Below, in pieces: positions 53,042 to 64,000 of a stretch of DNA of 64,000 bases. This DNA is from Polymyxa betae A26-41 (taxonomy: Eukaryota > Protista > Endomyxa: Phytomyxea), in assembly GCA_003693705.1 (NCBI GenBank), contig RBZT01000338.1, forward strand, positions 2,637 through 66,636, given 5' to 3'. Position numbers and translations under genes: made by a program. Within the stretch, counting starts at the first letter, position 1, and each line of letters opens with the position of its first letter. Below the pieces are notes generated by a model. That model was not told the origin of the DNA. It saw only the letters and a program-made list of their open reading frames with translations, and ran no database searches.

Positions 53042-53950
53042 TTATTGATCAGCTCGGAGCCGAACGCTGACAAATCCGCGTTTTTCCGGGACTGCCGATG
53101 TGTCCATAGCACGAAATAGGTCGGTTAATGTTACCCAGACCGCAGGGTATTTATGTTTCGTTACGTCCAGGACCAAAGCCCGATCCGTAGCTGGATGAAA
53201 TGCGGCTATCGGTGAGAAATGTCCACCTTGGAGCTGTAGGACGCGACCCCTTTCGTAGTTGATCACAACAAACGCGTTCTCGTTATAGGCACTATGAACG
53301 ACATGCTCACGAAACTCTGAAAGATCCGAATAGTCCGCATGATGCACTTCGGCCGTAACATTGCCATCACCAGCAGCTTCAAGAGTAACTGAAAAGTAAC
53401 ATTATTTCTCAGAATTCATCATGTGAAGAGACTAAGGGTCGCTGAACTGTTATCAAACGCCTTACAGCAGTCTTCAAAAAACTCTGAAAAAACAAGGTTT
53501 TGGTGACAGGCGCAGTGTTAAACATTGGCGCAGTTTTCAGAAAACAGATTTATCAAGGAATCTGTTACCTGCGAGCTGGTCCAGGGTCATCCCCTCCTTG
53601 TGAACAATGGACTCGTTTATGACTTGGCGGACCTGCGGCATGACAAGCAGATTGGACTGTGTGAAATATCCGTATCGAGCCGGGAACGTTTCCATCGTTG
53701 GTCCGGGAAGGCCGAGTGCATTCAGCACACAGACGGACGTGGCCACACCACAGAATGTTGCAAGAATCTGTTTCTCCCAGTGTGCCATGATTTTCGTGAA
53801 TGACACCTGACCATCCTGTAGACAATCGATCAGAAGCTGCCTGCCTTCTGCCGATTCGAATGAGATCAAATTCGGCGGCAGCGGGAGCCTCTGGCACGAG
53901 ACCACCAACGACAGCGTAACATAAACCAGCACAGGCAACGTAAACGTCAT
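53042..53950 (-). CDS. Phytochelatin synthase-like enzyme, catalytic domain only, with signal peptide (copy A, 242 aa)
   Basis: Exons 53950-53569 and 53388-53042; motifs QILATFCGVAT, GMTLDQL, GHFSPIAA, LDVTKHKYPAVWV, RGFV (Cys-His-Asp triad). Confidence 0.92.
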
Positions 53951-54677
53951 GGGTTCGAGCTGTTCTTTAGCGTACCACACTGCCAGACGAACAAAACAAC
54001 GCGCAGAGGGATCTGCGATGGATTAGACTGGACCAGCTCAAACTGCAGGGACGGAGTGAGGACGTTCTTACTGTGTCACGTAACACCTAGTTGCGAGTTA
54101 CAGGTCGAAGGGTTGCTTCCTAGACTAGGCTAGGCTGTATCAAAGCTGAATCGGTGATGTACGAATCAGTCGGTGAATACGAGAGGTTGGCGTCACGGAT
54201 TTCAGGACTGCAAGATGGACGTGAGCTAGGTACTAATTCGGTAATTCCACTGATGCCCCGGGCGGCTGCTCCTAACGTAATTCTGCAAATTCATACAAGC
54301 GTATGATGATGAATCTGGGAAAAAGCTCTGACGAAGAGAAAAACAACGCCTGTTAGTAACATTTGATGAAAAGATAAGTACATGAAAAAAGAGGCTCAGC
54401 TCCCGCAGACCTTCCTGCGCCTTTCTCCAAGTCCGCAACGTATCTATTTGACTACTGTCAGTCTATCACCACAAACAGGATTCTCTCTGTCATCCAGTCG
54501 TTCCCAATTTGACACTCAATGAAAACGCCCATCACCAGTTCTCTGTCCTGTTGTCTAAACGTAATCAATTGGTAACTTATTGGACATTGAAATCTTCCTT
54601 TTTTGCGTCGTGCTCCAATGAACTTCTATCATCTTAAGATCAATCAGAGGTTTGATCAAGATTGTGGACTTGGTTTA

Positions 54678-55625
54678 TTATTCATCTGCTCGGAGCTGAA
54701 CTTTAACAAATCCGCGTTTTTCTGTGCCCTCCGCTGTGTCCATAGCATAAAATAAATCAGTTAATGTTACCCAGACCGCCGGGTATTTATGTTTCGTTAC
54801 GTCCAGGAGCAAAGCCCGATCCGTAGCTGGATGATATGCGGCGATAGGTGAGAAATGTCCAACATTACGCTGTAGGGCGCCAAACCGTAGGTAGTTGATC
54901 ACAACAAACACGTCCTCGTTATAAACGCTCTGAACGATATGCTCACGGAGCTCGGAAAGATCCGAATGGTCCGCATGATGCACTTCGGCCGTAACATTGC
55001 CATCACCGGCAGCTTCCAGAGTAACTGAAGAGTAACATTATTTCTCAGAATTCATCATGCGAAGAGAATATGACTTTTTAAACTGTTATCAAATCGCCTT
55101 ACAGCAGTTTTCAAAAAGCTCAGAAAAAGCAAGGTTTTGGTGACAGGCGCAGTTTTAAACATTGGCGCAGTTTTAAACATTGTCGCAGTTTTCAGAAAAC
55201 AGAATACTCGACTTCAAATTAAAGAATCTACTACTGTATTTACCTGCGAGCTGGTCCAGGGTCATCCCCTCCTTGTGAACAATGGACTCGTTTATGACTT
55301 GGCGGACCTGCGGCATGACAAGCAGATTGGACTGCGTGAAGTATCCGAATTGAGCCGGGAAAGTTTCCATAGTAGGTCCGGGAAGGCCGAGTGCATTCAG
55401 CACACAGACGGACGTGGCCACACCACAGAATGTTGCAAGAATCTGTTTCTCCCAGTGTGCCATCAATTTCGTGAATGAGACCTGGCCATCCTGTAGACAA
55501 TCGATCAGAAGCTGCCTGCCTTCTGCCGATTCGAATGAGATCAGATTCGGCGGCAGCGGGAGCCTCTGGCACGAGACCAACAGCGCCAGCGTAACATAAA
55601 CCAGCGCACGTAACGTAAACGTCAT
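54678..55625 (-). CDS. Phytochelatin synthase-like enzyme with signal peptide (copy B, 242 aa)
   Basis: Exons 55625-55244 and 55024-54678; same motifs and same intron position as copy A. Confidence 0.92.
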
Positions 55626-56095
55626 GGTTTCGAACTGATCTTTAGCGCAGCACAATGCCAGACGAACAAAACAACGCGGAGAGGGATCTGCGATGGATTA
55701 GACTGGACCAGCTCAAACTGCAGGCACGCAGAGGACGTTCTTACTGTGTCACGTAACACCTATTTGCGAGTTACAGGTCGAAGGTGTCAAAGCTGAATCG
55801 ATAATGTACGATTCAGTCGATGAAGACGAGAGGTTGGATTGAAGATTGAGTCTGTCATCAGAAGAAACTGCGTCGCGGACTTCAGGACTGCACGATGGAC
55901 TTGAGCTACACGGATGCGGGTGCGCCTAACGAAATTTTCCAAAATCATCCAAGCGAATGATGATTAATCTGGGAAAGCGCCGTGACGAAAATCGACACGG
56001 CCATGTTAACATTTGATGAACAAAACATTAGGAGGCTCCGCCCCGCAGATTTTCCTGCGCATTTCTCCAAGTCCACAACGTCTCTATTTGACTTC

Positions 56096-56128
56096 TGGAT
56101 TGGATTGGATTGGATTGGGTTGGATTGA
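56096..56128. repeat. (TGGAT)n pentanucleotide microsatellite at the duplication boundary
   Basis: tggattggattggattggattgggttggattg. Confidence 0.85.
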
Positions 56129-56929
56129 TAGTTCGTCGATGTTTGTCAACAGGCGGTTCGGTATCCATAAGCCCAACACTGGTAGTTCTCAGGCATCGCC
56201 TTAGCATCTACCTGGACTCCTACTTCCAGTTTCGGAGCCTCTAATTGTTTCACCTATTTATGTTAGCCTAGATCTCGTTCGGCCCTATTTGGAGGACCTA
56301 AGAGAGGTTCCACAAGATAAGGTAGACACCTGCCCAATCCTACAGGGACTAGAACCCATGTACCCTGACTCATCTATTTCTCCCTACTGGGTGCTGCCCA
56401 GCTTTCTATATAGTTCGTTATATATAACATCCGCTGTCATATGCACATGAGAGAAACTCGCCCATACATCCACTGTGAGTATAAAGTGCTTCATTAAAGT
56501 TTCTGATTTCTCATTCCATAGCTTTGTCTCGAAATTGCTTTAGCTGATCCTTGTTGTGTTTACATTTTAGTAGTTGATGCTCTACAGTTTCTCTGTATCG
56601 CATACAATTTCTACATATATCTTCCCTTCAATTTTTATGTTCATTAAATGTGCTCTGTGAGCTTCTGAACCGTCAGCATATTTTCTGGCTAGAAATATGC
56701 CTGGCAATCCGAATACCGTCAGTATAGCAAAACAACAATACATAGGAAATTAGATAACAATTAATTAACTCCAACAATAACCAATAAACCGAAGATTGTA
56801 AGAAAAACAATCCAGCTGCTATGATAGAGATCGGTTCAGGCGAAGCCGCACTTCCTGTTTTGTTTGAGGCGAGGCCCTGCCTCTGGTCCTGTTTGTCTCT
56901 AGATCAGGAACTTAATGACAGGCTGCGCC

Positions 56930-57510
56930 CCGTCATCGAAACTTGTTGCTGATCTCAAGGGTGAACGACATTGTTTAACGATGGAGGCAATCCATCTCAT
57001 ACCTCTGTTGGTAATGAACATGTTGTGTGGAATGTAGCCTGGGCCCCGGGCCAGACAAAACGATTAGAATCTGGAATCGCCTGAATCGTGACGACTCCAA
57101 GTTGCTTTGCACCTCTATCCTGAAAACTGTTAGTAAGGTTTCCATCGCTTATTTTGAGATATTTCCACGTCTTGGTGATCTATACGGGCACCGATTGTAA
57201 ACAGGCCTTGAACGCTGTCCCGGCGCGGCCCAAGCTCTCCAATGTTGAGCGTCTCGTTAATCAGATCATCATCTTCATTCTGATGGAGATCGCTGCCTGT
57301 TGTCTTCATGCCATTGTCGTTCGTGCTCTGGTCCAAATCTAATGTGAATGCCTGCAATGTGGCGATATGGACTGCTTCTGGGTTTGACTGAGCTTCTACT
57401 ATCAGGTATCTGCCATTCATTGCATTAATGTCTATCCAGAATCAGCTCAATAGTCTTGGGTACGTTGTCATATTCAATAACTTGGTCCCAATATTTCTAT
57501 ATCTTGTAGG
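56930..57510 (+). pseudogene. P4-type ATPase (phospholipid flippase) fragment
   Basis: LVIYTGTDCKQALNAVPARPKLSNVERLVNQIIIFI and YVVIFNNLVPIFLYL match P4-ATPase YTGxxTK..K.S..ER..N and NxxIPISLY; stops and frameshifts; no DKTGT motif follows. Confidence 0.75.
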
Positions 57511-57816
57511 CTGGCGCCGATATGAGCGAGCTAGAGACATTAGCCGAGCCTGCAATCAAGCTGTGTTTCTTTACAGGCAAATACGATGGAGAATATCGCA
57601 GGATATTTAGAGAGATTGGAGCTTGGTCGCAGCGACTGCTATTGAAGGCCGGATTTAAGCCCAAAAGATCCAGCATTTCTGCCACTTCACAGTGGCAGTG
57701 GTGATCGGGCGATCCGGACCTTTGGGGGCTGCGGCAAGTCGTTGCGCGGATTCTCACAGTCAGGAGACGCAATCTAAGCGTGATTATAATGGAACATGGC
57801 TACTTTGAAAGTCCGT

Positions 57817-57909
57817 GCCTCTTTAGCTCAGTCGGCAGAGCGTAGGTCTCATATCCAAATCCTTTAAAGAGTCATCCTGAGGTCGTGCGTTCGATCCGCA
57901 CAGGAGGCA
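57817..57909 (+). tRNA. tRNA-Met(CAT), elongator type, 20-nt intron (57854-57873)
   Basis: Near-identical to the 4073-4161 tRNA; acceptor stem GCCTCTT/AGGAGGC; T6 terminator. Confidence 0.95.
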
Positions 57910-58198
57910 CATTTTTTGCGCAGAAAGTCCAAAGTATACCGCCGGACACTCACGTGTAAAGTGTCGCAGTATTATCTTGTGTGAGTTTTGAACATTTCAA
58001 ATATCTACCTGAAAACCTGAAATGCAATTCCTGGAAATGATTACTTGATGTATTTTACTTCTTTACATTCCGGGCATCAAAATGCTGTAGCTAGCACCAA
58101 TCACAACATCGACAAAATAGTCGACGCCGATCGGAACTGGTTGTTCCGTTCCGGGTCCTGAGGACCCCGTGACGCCATTTGACTATCACTATCTACGA

Positions 58199-58687
58199 AT
58201 GCCGATATCGTACTTGGTCTGGGCGGGGTCGTCGCCGCCGACGCCGGGTCTGTACGCCCAGGAGTTGGTATTCCGCCGGGACGCGCTGTGGTCCCATGCC
58301 CGAGACGATGCTGAGATCCGCTTCGCCGACGAAGACGCCGATACCACGACGCACGTTTCGGCTTTGGATGGCGAACGCTTTATCGGATCCGTGGTCTTCA
58401 TTCGACGCGGCAAGGATCAGCACGGCTCCGGACGACTATGCCAGATGGCGGTCGCACCGGACTATCAGGGCAGCGGAATCGGCCGCGAACTGGTTCGACG
58501 CCTGGAACGGCATCTTAAAGAGACGTCGGAGACCCCTGTGAAGGTGGAGGTTCATGCGCAGTTGAGCGCTGTCGGGTTCTACGAAAAGGTCGGGTACGAA
58601 GCTGTGGATGGCGAATCGGACTTTGAAGAAGAAGGCATCATGCATCGTTTATTCTCAAAGACCATTACACCGGACAAATCGGTTTAG
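58199..58687 (+). CDS. GNAT N-acetyltransferase (ElaA/YjcF-like)
   Basis: GRLCQMAVAPDYQGSGIGRELV acetyl-CoA motif A; HAQLSAVGFYEKVGY; FEEEGIMH; intronless. Confidence 0.9.
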   Translation: MPISYLVWAGSSPPTPGLYAQELVFRRDALWSHARDDAEIRFADEDADTTTHVSALDGERFIGSVVFIRRGKDQHGSGRLCQMAVAPDYQGSGIGRELVRRLERHLKETSETPVKVEVHAQLSAVGFYEKVGYEAVDGESDFEEEGIMHRLFSKTITPDKSV

Positions 58688-60705
58688 CATAACTTTCCTT
58701 TAAAATCGGTTTCATTGACCCATCGATTGCTGTGAATCATGATATTGCTCTTTCGGATTCCAGAGATGGCCGCAACTGTGATAACATCTTTGATTACGCT
58801 CTACCATGGATGTCCTGTTCCGGGTCTGTTCCTGGAGTGATACTCCACGATCGATTTGAATGAAAGCTCGGATGAATGGGAAGGGGTTATTCTTGATTCA
58901 TCTGTTTCCTCAAAGAAGCTCGCTGACATACCGCAGTTCATGGCTTTGAACGAATTCCGGTACAGGCACACATTGAATTACATGGTGACTGAACAGTAGC
59001 GTCCGTTATCGTCCAAACCACCCTCCATTTCGATTACAGAACTTTGGAAATTCTGAAACACTTCCGAAAGCTTTGCGGATTTCGAATCTCATAGGAAAAT
59101 AAGAGTATAATCTCCGGCGTTTGTATGAACTGTGAGCAGTACTCATATTATACGATTTCTTGGTATAATGTGAAATTGCCAGTTGCAAACCAGGAACGTT
59201 TCCGATGTATTTTCGGCGACTATGTGAACTCAAGCAGCTTCGATGGCGCATTTGGGTCCTTGAATACGCACCGAATTTGCTATGGGTCGTTCACAGAGCA
59301 GGACGGCAAATCCATCAAAAGACGATGTGGATCAGCACATGTTGTCGTGGATGTACATTGCCATTATCTCAGAGGATGGCAATGATGGAGATGTTCGCCT
59401 GCCGTACGAGAGAGGAAATTTGACTGAAAGCTAAACCCTAGAAGAACATGCGCCCCAAAGTATCTGGTGCTATAGGAAGCGATTAACCTGACGTTGATTT
59501 TCTCCTTGTTTACTGTATTAATGCCAGACATAAACGTTTTGTTCTTTATGAAAAGAAGGTTGACCCAGCTTTTACAGCACAGGTAAGCAAAGCAAAACAA
59601 CTAAAAGTTGTGTGCCGCCTTCACAAATTATACCGCACCCTAGCCATTTAGCAGCTAGATGATGAATAAATACATTAGCAATATTCCATAAAACATCAAG
59701 GTTCCTGACAGCACAACAACCGCGAACTTCAAAACTCGACTTTGTTGAGGAGCTTCAAGAGGTCAGTTCAAGTTCAGCACCCAGACTTGATTGTGCGCGA
59801 CAAATCTCTTTTGATAGGCAACATAGACGTATGGAAGAAACGCAGCCACAAACCAACGAGAATGAAAAGCCTAACCAATAAATTGCTGGGATGTAATCAC
59901 CAAACCATAGGCAGACCACCCCAGCAGCAACAAGAATCAATGTTGCTAGAGCCTATGTGTCCTGGACATACATCTTCAATGTCGAGCATTTCGGCCAAAA
60001 ATTCATAAAGACGCACTTTTGACAAAGCGACAAGTAATGCTACCGTTCCATCCATTACTCAAAGGAGAGGGATTGGGATTGGATTATTTTGGATTGGTGT
60101 TGATGATAATTTAGGAAAATGGGTTGATTGTATCTTTCAGCGAAGTACGGTATTTGGCATTTGAACCTCCGCCATCTGAACCTGCTACACCTTCAAAAGA
60201 ATATCCAGACCATGTTCTTGCCGCCACGTGCTAAGCTTTAGAAGTCGGCCAAATTCGGTCTTCGCAGCCTCCTACCAGTAATGACAGAGCGGATTCGTTC
60301 TGCTATTGCTTCCTTCTGTGTCCTTGGGGTTGGAATTTGGTGCGCTTTAACATTTGAGATGTTTAGTTTGGCATGCACTCGTATCCACTGTTTCCTAAAA
60401 AGCCTTTTGTACTGTTTGCTTGTCGGAGCTGTTATTGATATATTCACTAAACAGCCAGTTTTATCTACTGCAACTTGGCGTGATCCTGGCGATTGTAATC
60501 AATTTTTGGTCGCGATTTCGAGATTGCATTTGGCTCGAAAGCAGACTGGAGTTTATAACGAGCCACGTCCTCGTTGATTTTGCCTCGAGTTTTCCTCGTC
60601 GGAAATCAATTGGCTGAAAGCGATCCGGCTCGCGATATATCCCATTAAGTACGGGCATGCCTTTACGCTCGTTGCTCATCGCGAGGGTGGGACTCTTAAT
60701 CTGTG

Positions 60706-61198
60706 TGGTGCTCCGATCGAATTCGAATCAGGCTCGAAAAATTCGAGCATGTATTCGACGAATCGAGCCTCGAGCCGACACTCTGACGAATGATTCGACG
60801 ATTCGAGCAAATAAATTATATCCTGTGGAATCCTGCACTATAGATCTTCTACAGTGGAGGCAATCGCAGATTTCTCGGTTTCTGAAGCTTGGCTTAACCG
60901 GAAAGGAAATTTTAGCCATCCCAGGTTCATCTGTCAGTGTCGAAAGGATTTTTTGCGTTGGTAAGGACGTCATCCTAAGCGACGGAACAGCCCAGAAACT
61001 ATATCAGCATTGAAGTTCGCATTCATCGCCGGAAGTAAGCCAAATTATTGTCAAATAAAACTATGTTTCGCAAGTTTCCTTTGATAACTATTTTTTGCCA
61101 AAAATCTTCGAGCCTGATTAGAGGCGCGATTCAAGATTCCGAATCGAACCTCGAGCTTTGGCAAAAGCTCGATTCGACTCGATTCGATCGGAGCCCTA
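60706..61198 (+). mobile_element. Internally deleted hAT element
   Basis: TIRs TGGTGCTCCGATCGAA / TTCGATCGGAGCCCTA; degenerate 8-bp TSD AATCTGTG / AAACTGTA; retains LLQWR...ILAIPGSSVSVERIFCVGKDVI (hAT dimerisation domain); TCGAG/ATTCGA subterminal repeats. Confidence 0.85.
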
Positions 61199-61788
61199 AA
61201 ACTGTACGAGTCTGTCGATGACGACGAGAGGTTGGATATAAGAGTGTGCGTCTGTATTCGGACAAATTGCACGGACTTCAGAGTGTTCTGGTTGTACAGT
61301 AGTCGAATATTTGTTTGATTACAGCAGTTAGCAACCGATTGATCATTCATCTGCCATCACACAGGAACTTATACTGACAGAGGTAGCTATGGACTTCGAG
61401 CCACAGTCGCAGCTGGAGCGATTAAGAGCACTTTCTACAGTGTGTGGACTAAATATATATCGCTGCCAGAACAGCTTCAATCAAGCTTCGAAGAGGTCAA
61501 ACCGCAATATTATCGAACCGATCATCAGAAGCCCCGGAGCGATGACCCTCACTTCCACATTTAGTACCAACTAAAGAGCAGAACATTTGAAATCATTCGA
61601 ATGAAAACCCTGATTACAGTCAAGGCTGGCAAGTACTACCTGTCATACCCGTTCATAGCATTAACGCGCGGTGTCAAACTATTACTATGAACATCCGCTG
61701 TGATGTGCTCGTCTTCAAGACAAACCCAGGAAAATATTTAATCTCTAACTATGAAAAATGTTGAGTAAATAGACAGCCAAGAGGCGGC

Positions 61789-63761
61789 TCAATTGCGCCG
61801 TTCAAGAATCATTTGATCAAGTCTAGCTCGCAGTTCCACGATCTGCGTGCTCAGGTCCAGTACGGCCTGCTGTTCGCGTTGGCGGCGCGCCGATCGTACA
61901 CGCCCCTGAGCCTGATCCAGGACGGATTCGACGGTATCCAGTTGGCTGTAGCTGAGGTCGGACAGGCGCAGTCCGAGGCAGTGCTCCGGCAGGAGGCCCA
62001 GCTCGGTGGCGGCCTCCCCGACAAACGACTCGATAGCAGCTTGCAGCTGTCCCAATCGGGCAACGGCCCCGGAGGGGTGCGGGCCGGTACGTCCGACATT
62101 AATCCTACCAGAGCCGGAAGAGGCTGCGATGGGAGGAGAGGCACCTTCTGGGCCATCACCGCTGGAAACCGAGATCGGGGGGTCACGGCTTCGACAGGTA
62201 ACGTCATCAATGCAGTCTGTAACGAAATCTGGGGTTGGTAACGGTTCCACAAGGGAGGGAGCTTCCACGGCCGAAACGGAAGCTGGGCTCTTGTCCGAAA
62301 TTCGATCATGCCCGGGTCCTGTACGGCTTCCATCCTCGTCCGAGGAATGATCGGAATCAGTATCCTACTGACTGTCAATGCTTGTCACAGTGAAACGTTA
62401 CATTTCCAGTACCGGTCTGTTACAAGATTGGACTGTATGGTCGATATTAACAGCAGATTTGCTGTTTGATACAGTACGAGTAGTAATAACAGGTGAGAGA
62501 TCTTCAAGTAATTGATTCTGAATAGAGGCAGCTCTCTTCTCCATATCTTGCAGATGACTAACGATTAGTTGACGACATTCCTGAAACACAGGCTCAGATA
62601 CTGGAATCTGTACGTTACAGTATTGATGGCATCGACGAAAGCTTTCATTAAAACAAACCCAACTTGAGAAGCAGCAAACCACAAACCACGCTCAAATTTG
62701 CCCAAAAAAAAAATGAAATCCCTTTCATGAAAATCGTATTGCAGAAATGAATAAAGTTTCAAACATGGGGTCCAGTACGTACCTGACAGGCATCCGGATA
62801 TTGAATCATATCAAGTGGTGATGCGGCCTTCCGATTAGCCAGATGTAGATCCGGGTCATGTTGTAACAAGACACGGACACAGGCGGGATGTCGTCCGACC
62901 AGTGCGCAATGTAGGGCAGTATTCCCATTGCATTCTTGCGTGTTCACCGACGGTCCGGTCGCATCACTCAAGAGCCGCTGGAGTACGGCGTCGTACCCGC
63001 GCCGGGCCGCGCATATGACCGCATTCACTCTGTGTGTATCGGATAAGTCCGGAATCCGAGCAGAAACTCGTCACTGCGTTACCCGTCTCGGTTGCGATGA
63101 TGCTTCTCGGCGGGCGAATAGTCGTCGATCAGAGCGACGGCGGCCTCCTGACCCGACATACTGGCGAACATCAGCGGGCTGTCCCCATTTGCGTTACGGC
63201 TGGTCAGTAACGTGGTATTGCCGTCACGTATCAGATCCTGAGTCCGCAGTCAGATGATGATGATGATGAAATCGATCTCGTCGCCAAACAGAGCCGAAAT
63301 TAGAGAAAAGTGTTCAAAAACAAAGCGAAGAATTGATCGATAGCATAACGGTCTCCTGTAATGTTACCTGAATGATTTCAACATGTCCTCCCATACAGGC
63401 CCAATGCACACAAGAGTTGCCTATCTGAGTCCGGGCATCCGGTTGAGCACCAGCCTGGAGCAGGATCTGTACGATTTCCCGGTGACCGAACCGCGCTGCC
63501 AGCATCCTATCATAGCATTATATAAGTCCTGGACCCATGCACATCCGTATAATGATCTCGCCAATCATAACGATATCGCCATACGGCTTTATACAGGGTC
63601 GAAAAGGCAAAAAAGACATACAGAGGCGTAGCTCCGGATTCATCCCGGGACTCAATGAATCCGTAGGCGACTTGCGATGATAGTAGACGCTGACATAGAT
63701 CGCGTTTCCCTTCAGCCGCAGCACGAAGAAGCAGTTGCTCCTGAAGGCTCGACGACGACAT
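61789..63761 (-). CDS. Multi-exon ankyrin-repeat protein with coiled-coil C-terminus
   Basis: GATPL^MLAARFGHREIVQILLQAGA, GNSCVHWACMGGH, GDSPLMFASMSG, GNTALHCALVGRH across spliceable ORFs. Confidence 0.88.
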
Positions 63762-64000
63762 CACCAACTCTCACAGTCGGCGCAGTTTCGCATAATGATT
63801 AATCTGGGAAAATGCCGTGATTAAAAACAGCACCGTCAACGATCGGGTGTTGCTGGCCCACATAGTCGCGATTTCCTGCAAATCGAAATCGATCCAGCCG
63901 CTACAACACCGTTGGCCGATCCAGCAGCTCATCAGTCTTTTGAATCCGCATGCCGTCCTTGATGCCGTAGTGTGCTGACTGGGGTCAGTTCGGCAAGGAA

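Larger units (their letters stand above)
52850..56093. repeat. ~1.6-kb tandem direct duplication carrying the PCS-like genes
   Basis: Matching starts (tgtcatcca...tttgacactcaatg at ~52853 and ~54488) and ends (tttctccaagtcc.caacgt.tctatttgact at ~54452 and ~56093). Confidence 0.9.

Noticed and set aside
54300-54400. C/D-box snoRNA (ATGATGA...CTGA)
   Set aside because: No terminal D box or terminal stem, and the CTGA is not conserved in the duplicate copy
56140-56565. Solo LTR (TG...CA with TATA-like and polyA-like signals)
   Set aside because: No matching target-site duplication or second copy in the window
59700-60450. Non-LTR retroelement RNase H remnant (NVKAH)
   Set aside because: Only one short motif in degraded frames; insufficient support

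Overview
Eukaryotic, intron-rich genomic DNA with mostly short (~50 nt) GT-AG introns and one N-gap at 39243-39267. Gene content and style (secreted ankyrin and orphan proteins, a PA-domain multi-TM protein, TTTTAGGG/TTAGGG islands) suggest a plasmodiophorid plant parasite such as Spongospora, Polymyxa or Plasmodiophora; this is an inference. Core genes: condensin SMC2, a DUF1764 protein, two BTB proteins, a Myb/SANT protein, an ankyrin protein, two intron-containing tRNA-Met(CAT) genes and tRNA-Val(CAC). These are interspersed with candidate secreted proteins and decayed hAT, Copia and Gypsy elements. Most notable: (1) a tandem pair of signal-peptide-bearing, half-size phytochelatin-synthase-like genes diverging mainly just before the catalytic His; (2) a multi-exon gene with four copies of an unrecognised Cys/His-rich domain; (3) a secreted protein with one-exon-per-module helical repeats; (4) a ~1,100-aa spliced mucin-like protein with DPKAPN and PTPx repeats. 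Exon boundaries were read by eye and need RNA-seq confirmation.
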